DNA from: Paragordius varius
Taxonomy: Eukaryota; Animalia; Nematomorpha
Length of the DNA stretch: 64,000 bases
NCBI GenBank assembly: GCA_964247055.1
Contig: OZ176050.1
Location: 3,224,001-3,288,000 of the forward strand
Reading direction: 5' to 3'
Numbering within the stretch: the stretch's first letter is position 1; every line of letters begins with the position of its first letter. The notes beneath the pieces are model-generated. The model searched no databases and was not told the origin of the DNA. It saw only the letters and a program-made list of their open reading frames with translations. This document shows positions 62,392 to 64,000 of this stretch, one piece after another. The position numbers and the translations under genes were made by a program.

Positions 62392-63644
62392 TGTGCAAAA
62401 AAGAGGGTCATTTTCATTAAAAGAATTTTTTTTCAGGAGATAGCTTATGGCCGAATTTATTGCATAAATTATTATTTGTTGACAACCTAGTTTTTAAAAT
62501 ATTGAGGGAAAATAAAAATCGGGAAAGTGAAAATTAAGGATAATTAAGGATAATTCAAAAAATAATGATAAAATTTGAAATATATGGTTTATTATCATTT
62601 TAGGATATATTAATATTTAAATAACCTAAAATCATATAGTTTGGATTTCTATATAATTTCAGGTCAAAAGATGGCGTTTTTCTTTTATCACACTAAAAAG
62701 ACAAATTAAATTTTAATGAAACTATATTAAAATATTTTTTTTAATTATTTACTATCTATCACTATTAAAATCTTAACATTCATATTTTATTCGGTAAATA
62801 AACTTCTATATCAAAATAAAACCAAAAATATTGCTTTTTTATTTTTGCTTTTTTTATCATCTGGTTTATGAGGGTATTAAAAATTGAATCTGTTTTATTT
62901 TGGATTTTCACATGATTAGGAATTATTAAGTATATATACACAATAGGATCGAAAATTAGTGGAAGATCAACCAACAATCCGTACAAATCCCAATACAAAT
63001 ATTAATTTGTCATAAAAGAGACTTGTTAGAGTAAATTGTAAGGATTTTTTGGTTGATATTACTACTTTAAATCCTATTTTGCATAAACTATATACTTAAT
63101 AATTCCTAATCATGTGAGAAACCAAATTAAACATACAGTTTTATACACTCATAAACTAGATGAGAAAAAAATGCAAAAATAAAAAAAATTGGTTTTATTT
63201 TGATATAGAAGTTTATTTTACTGAATAAAATATAAATGTTAAAATTTTAATAGTGAGTTTAGGTAGTAAATAATTAAAAAAAAATATTTTAATTTAGTTT
63301 CATTAAATTTATTTTGTTTTTTAAGTGTGATAAAAGAAAAACGCCATCTTTTGACCTGAAATTATATAGAAATCCAAACTATATGATTTTAGGTTATTTA
63401 TATATTGAAAATATATCCTAAAATGATAATAAACCATAATATTTCAAATTTTATCATTATTTTTTGAATTATCCTTAATTATCCTTAATTTTCACTTTTT
63501 TACCGATTTTTATTTTCCCTCAATATTTCAAAAACTAGGTTGTCAACAAATAAATTTTTTTGCGGCAAATGAATACTCAGGTCATAAGCTATATAATGAA
63601 ATAAAAATTTTTTCGTTAAATCAAAACTACCCTCTGTTTTGCAC
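62392..63644. repeat. 1.25-kb near-perfect palindrome (foldback)
   Basis: 62392-62990 inverted against 63035-63644, loop ~45 bp; e.g. GGCGTTTTCTTTTATCACAC / GTGTGATAAAAGAAAACGCC. Confidence 0.85.
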
Positions 63645-64000
63645 ACAAAATATATAATATATTGAGCAGACAAACAAAATGGATTAAATATGGTTTAAAT
63701 TGGACATAACTGGTTATTAAAAATAGTTTTTGAGTTAGATACCTTGTATGAAAAAATGGCAAACTTTTTTGATGGAATCTGAACGCACAACAAAATATAT
63801 GTTAAATGAATGACACTTGAAACGCAAAACAAATACTAAATTAGAGGTGTGGATCTCCATTAGTCTTTAGTTTTTAGACTCCTCCCATATGGGATACAAC
63901 GATAAACACATGCTAATAAATTTAATTATTAAATTTCAATGAACCGTTTTTTTGCTATTTGTGGGCGTATCGAATGTAAATAAAATCTTGTACGACAAAT

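Overview
Very AT-rich animal-type eukaryotic genomic DNA, standard genetic code, with many transposable elements. Manual splicing (GT-AG, every exon phase checked) gives these genes: the 3' end of a chondroitin synthase/CSGalNAcT-family gene; an intronless class-A GPCR; cytosolic WARS (-) head-to-head with UBXN1 (+), start codons only 51 bp apart; a small secreted single-VWC protein; USP16/45 (-); an orphan NPF-motif/repeat protein; and an annexin. Two results stand out. (1) Four genes need ultra-short 24-30 nt spliceosomal introns next to kb-sized TE-filled introns. (2) The annexin appears to start with a classical signal peptide followed by a Pro/Gly/Gln- and Asp/His-rich extension, and has two duplicated alternative last exons. 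TEs include Helitrons with swapped 3' ends and an internal ~160-bp satellite, piggyBac-, hAT- and Tc1-like MITEs, a full-length LINE with an 18-bp TSD, a 5'-inverted LINE, an RTE split by a foldback hAT-Blackjack element, a tRNA-Lys SINE and several long inverted repeats. All calls come from reading the sequence by eye. No database searches or predictors were run, and the species cannot be fixed from this window.
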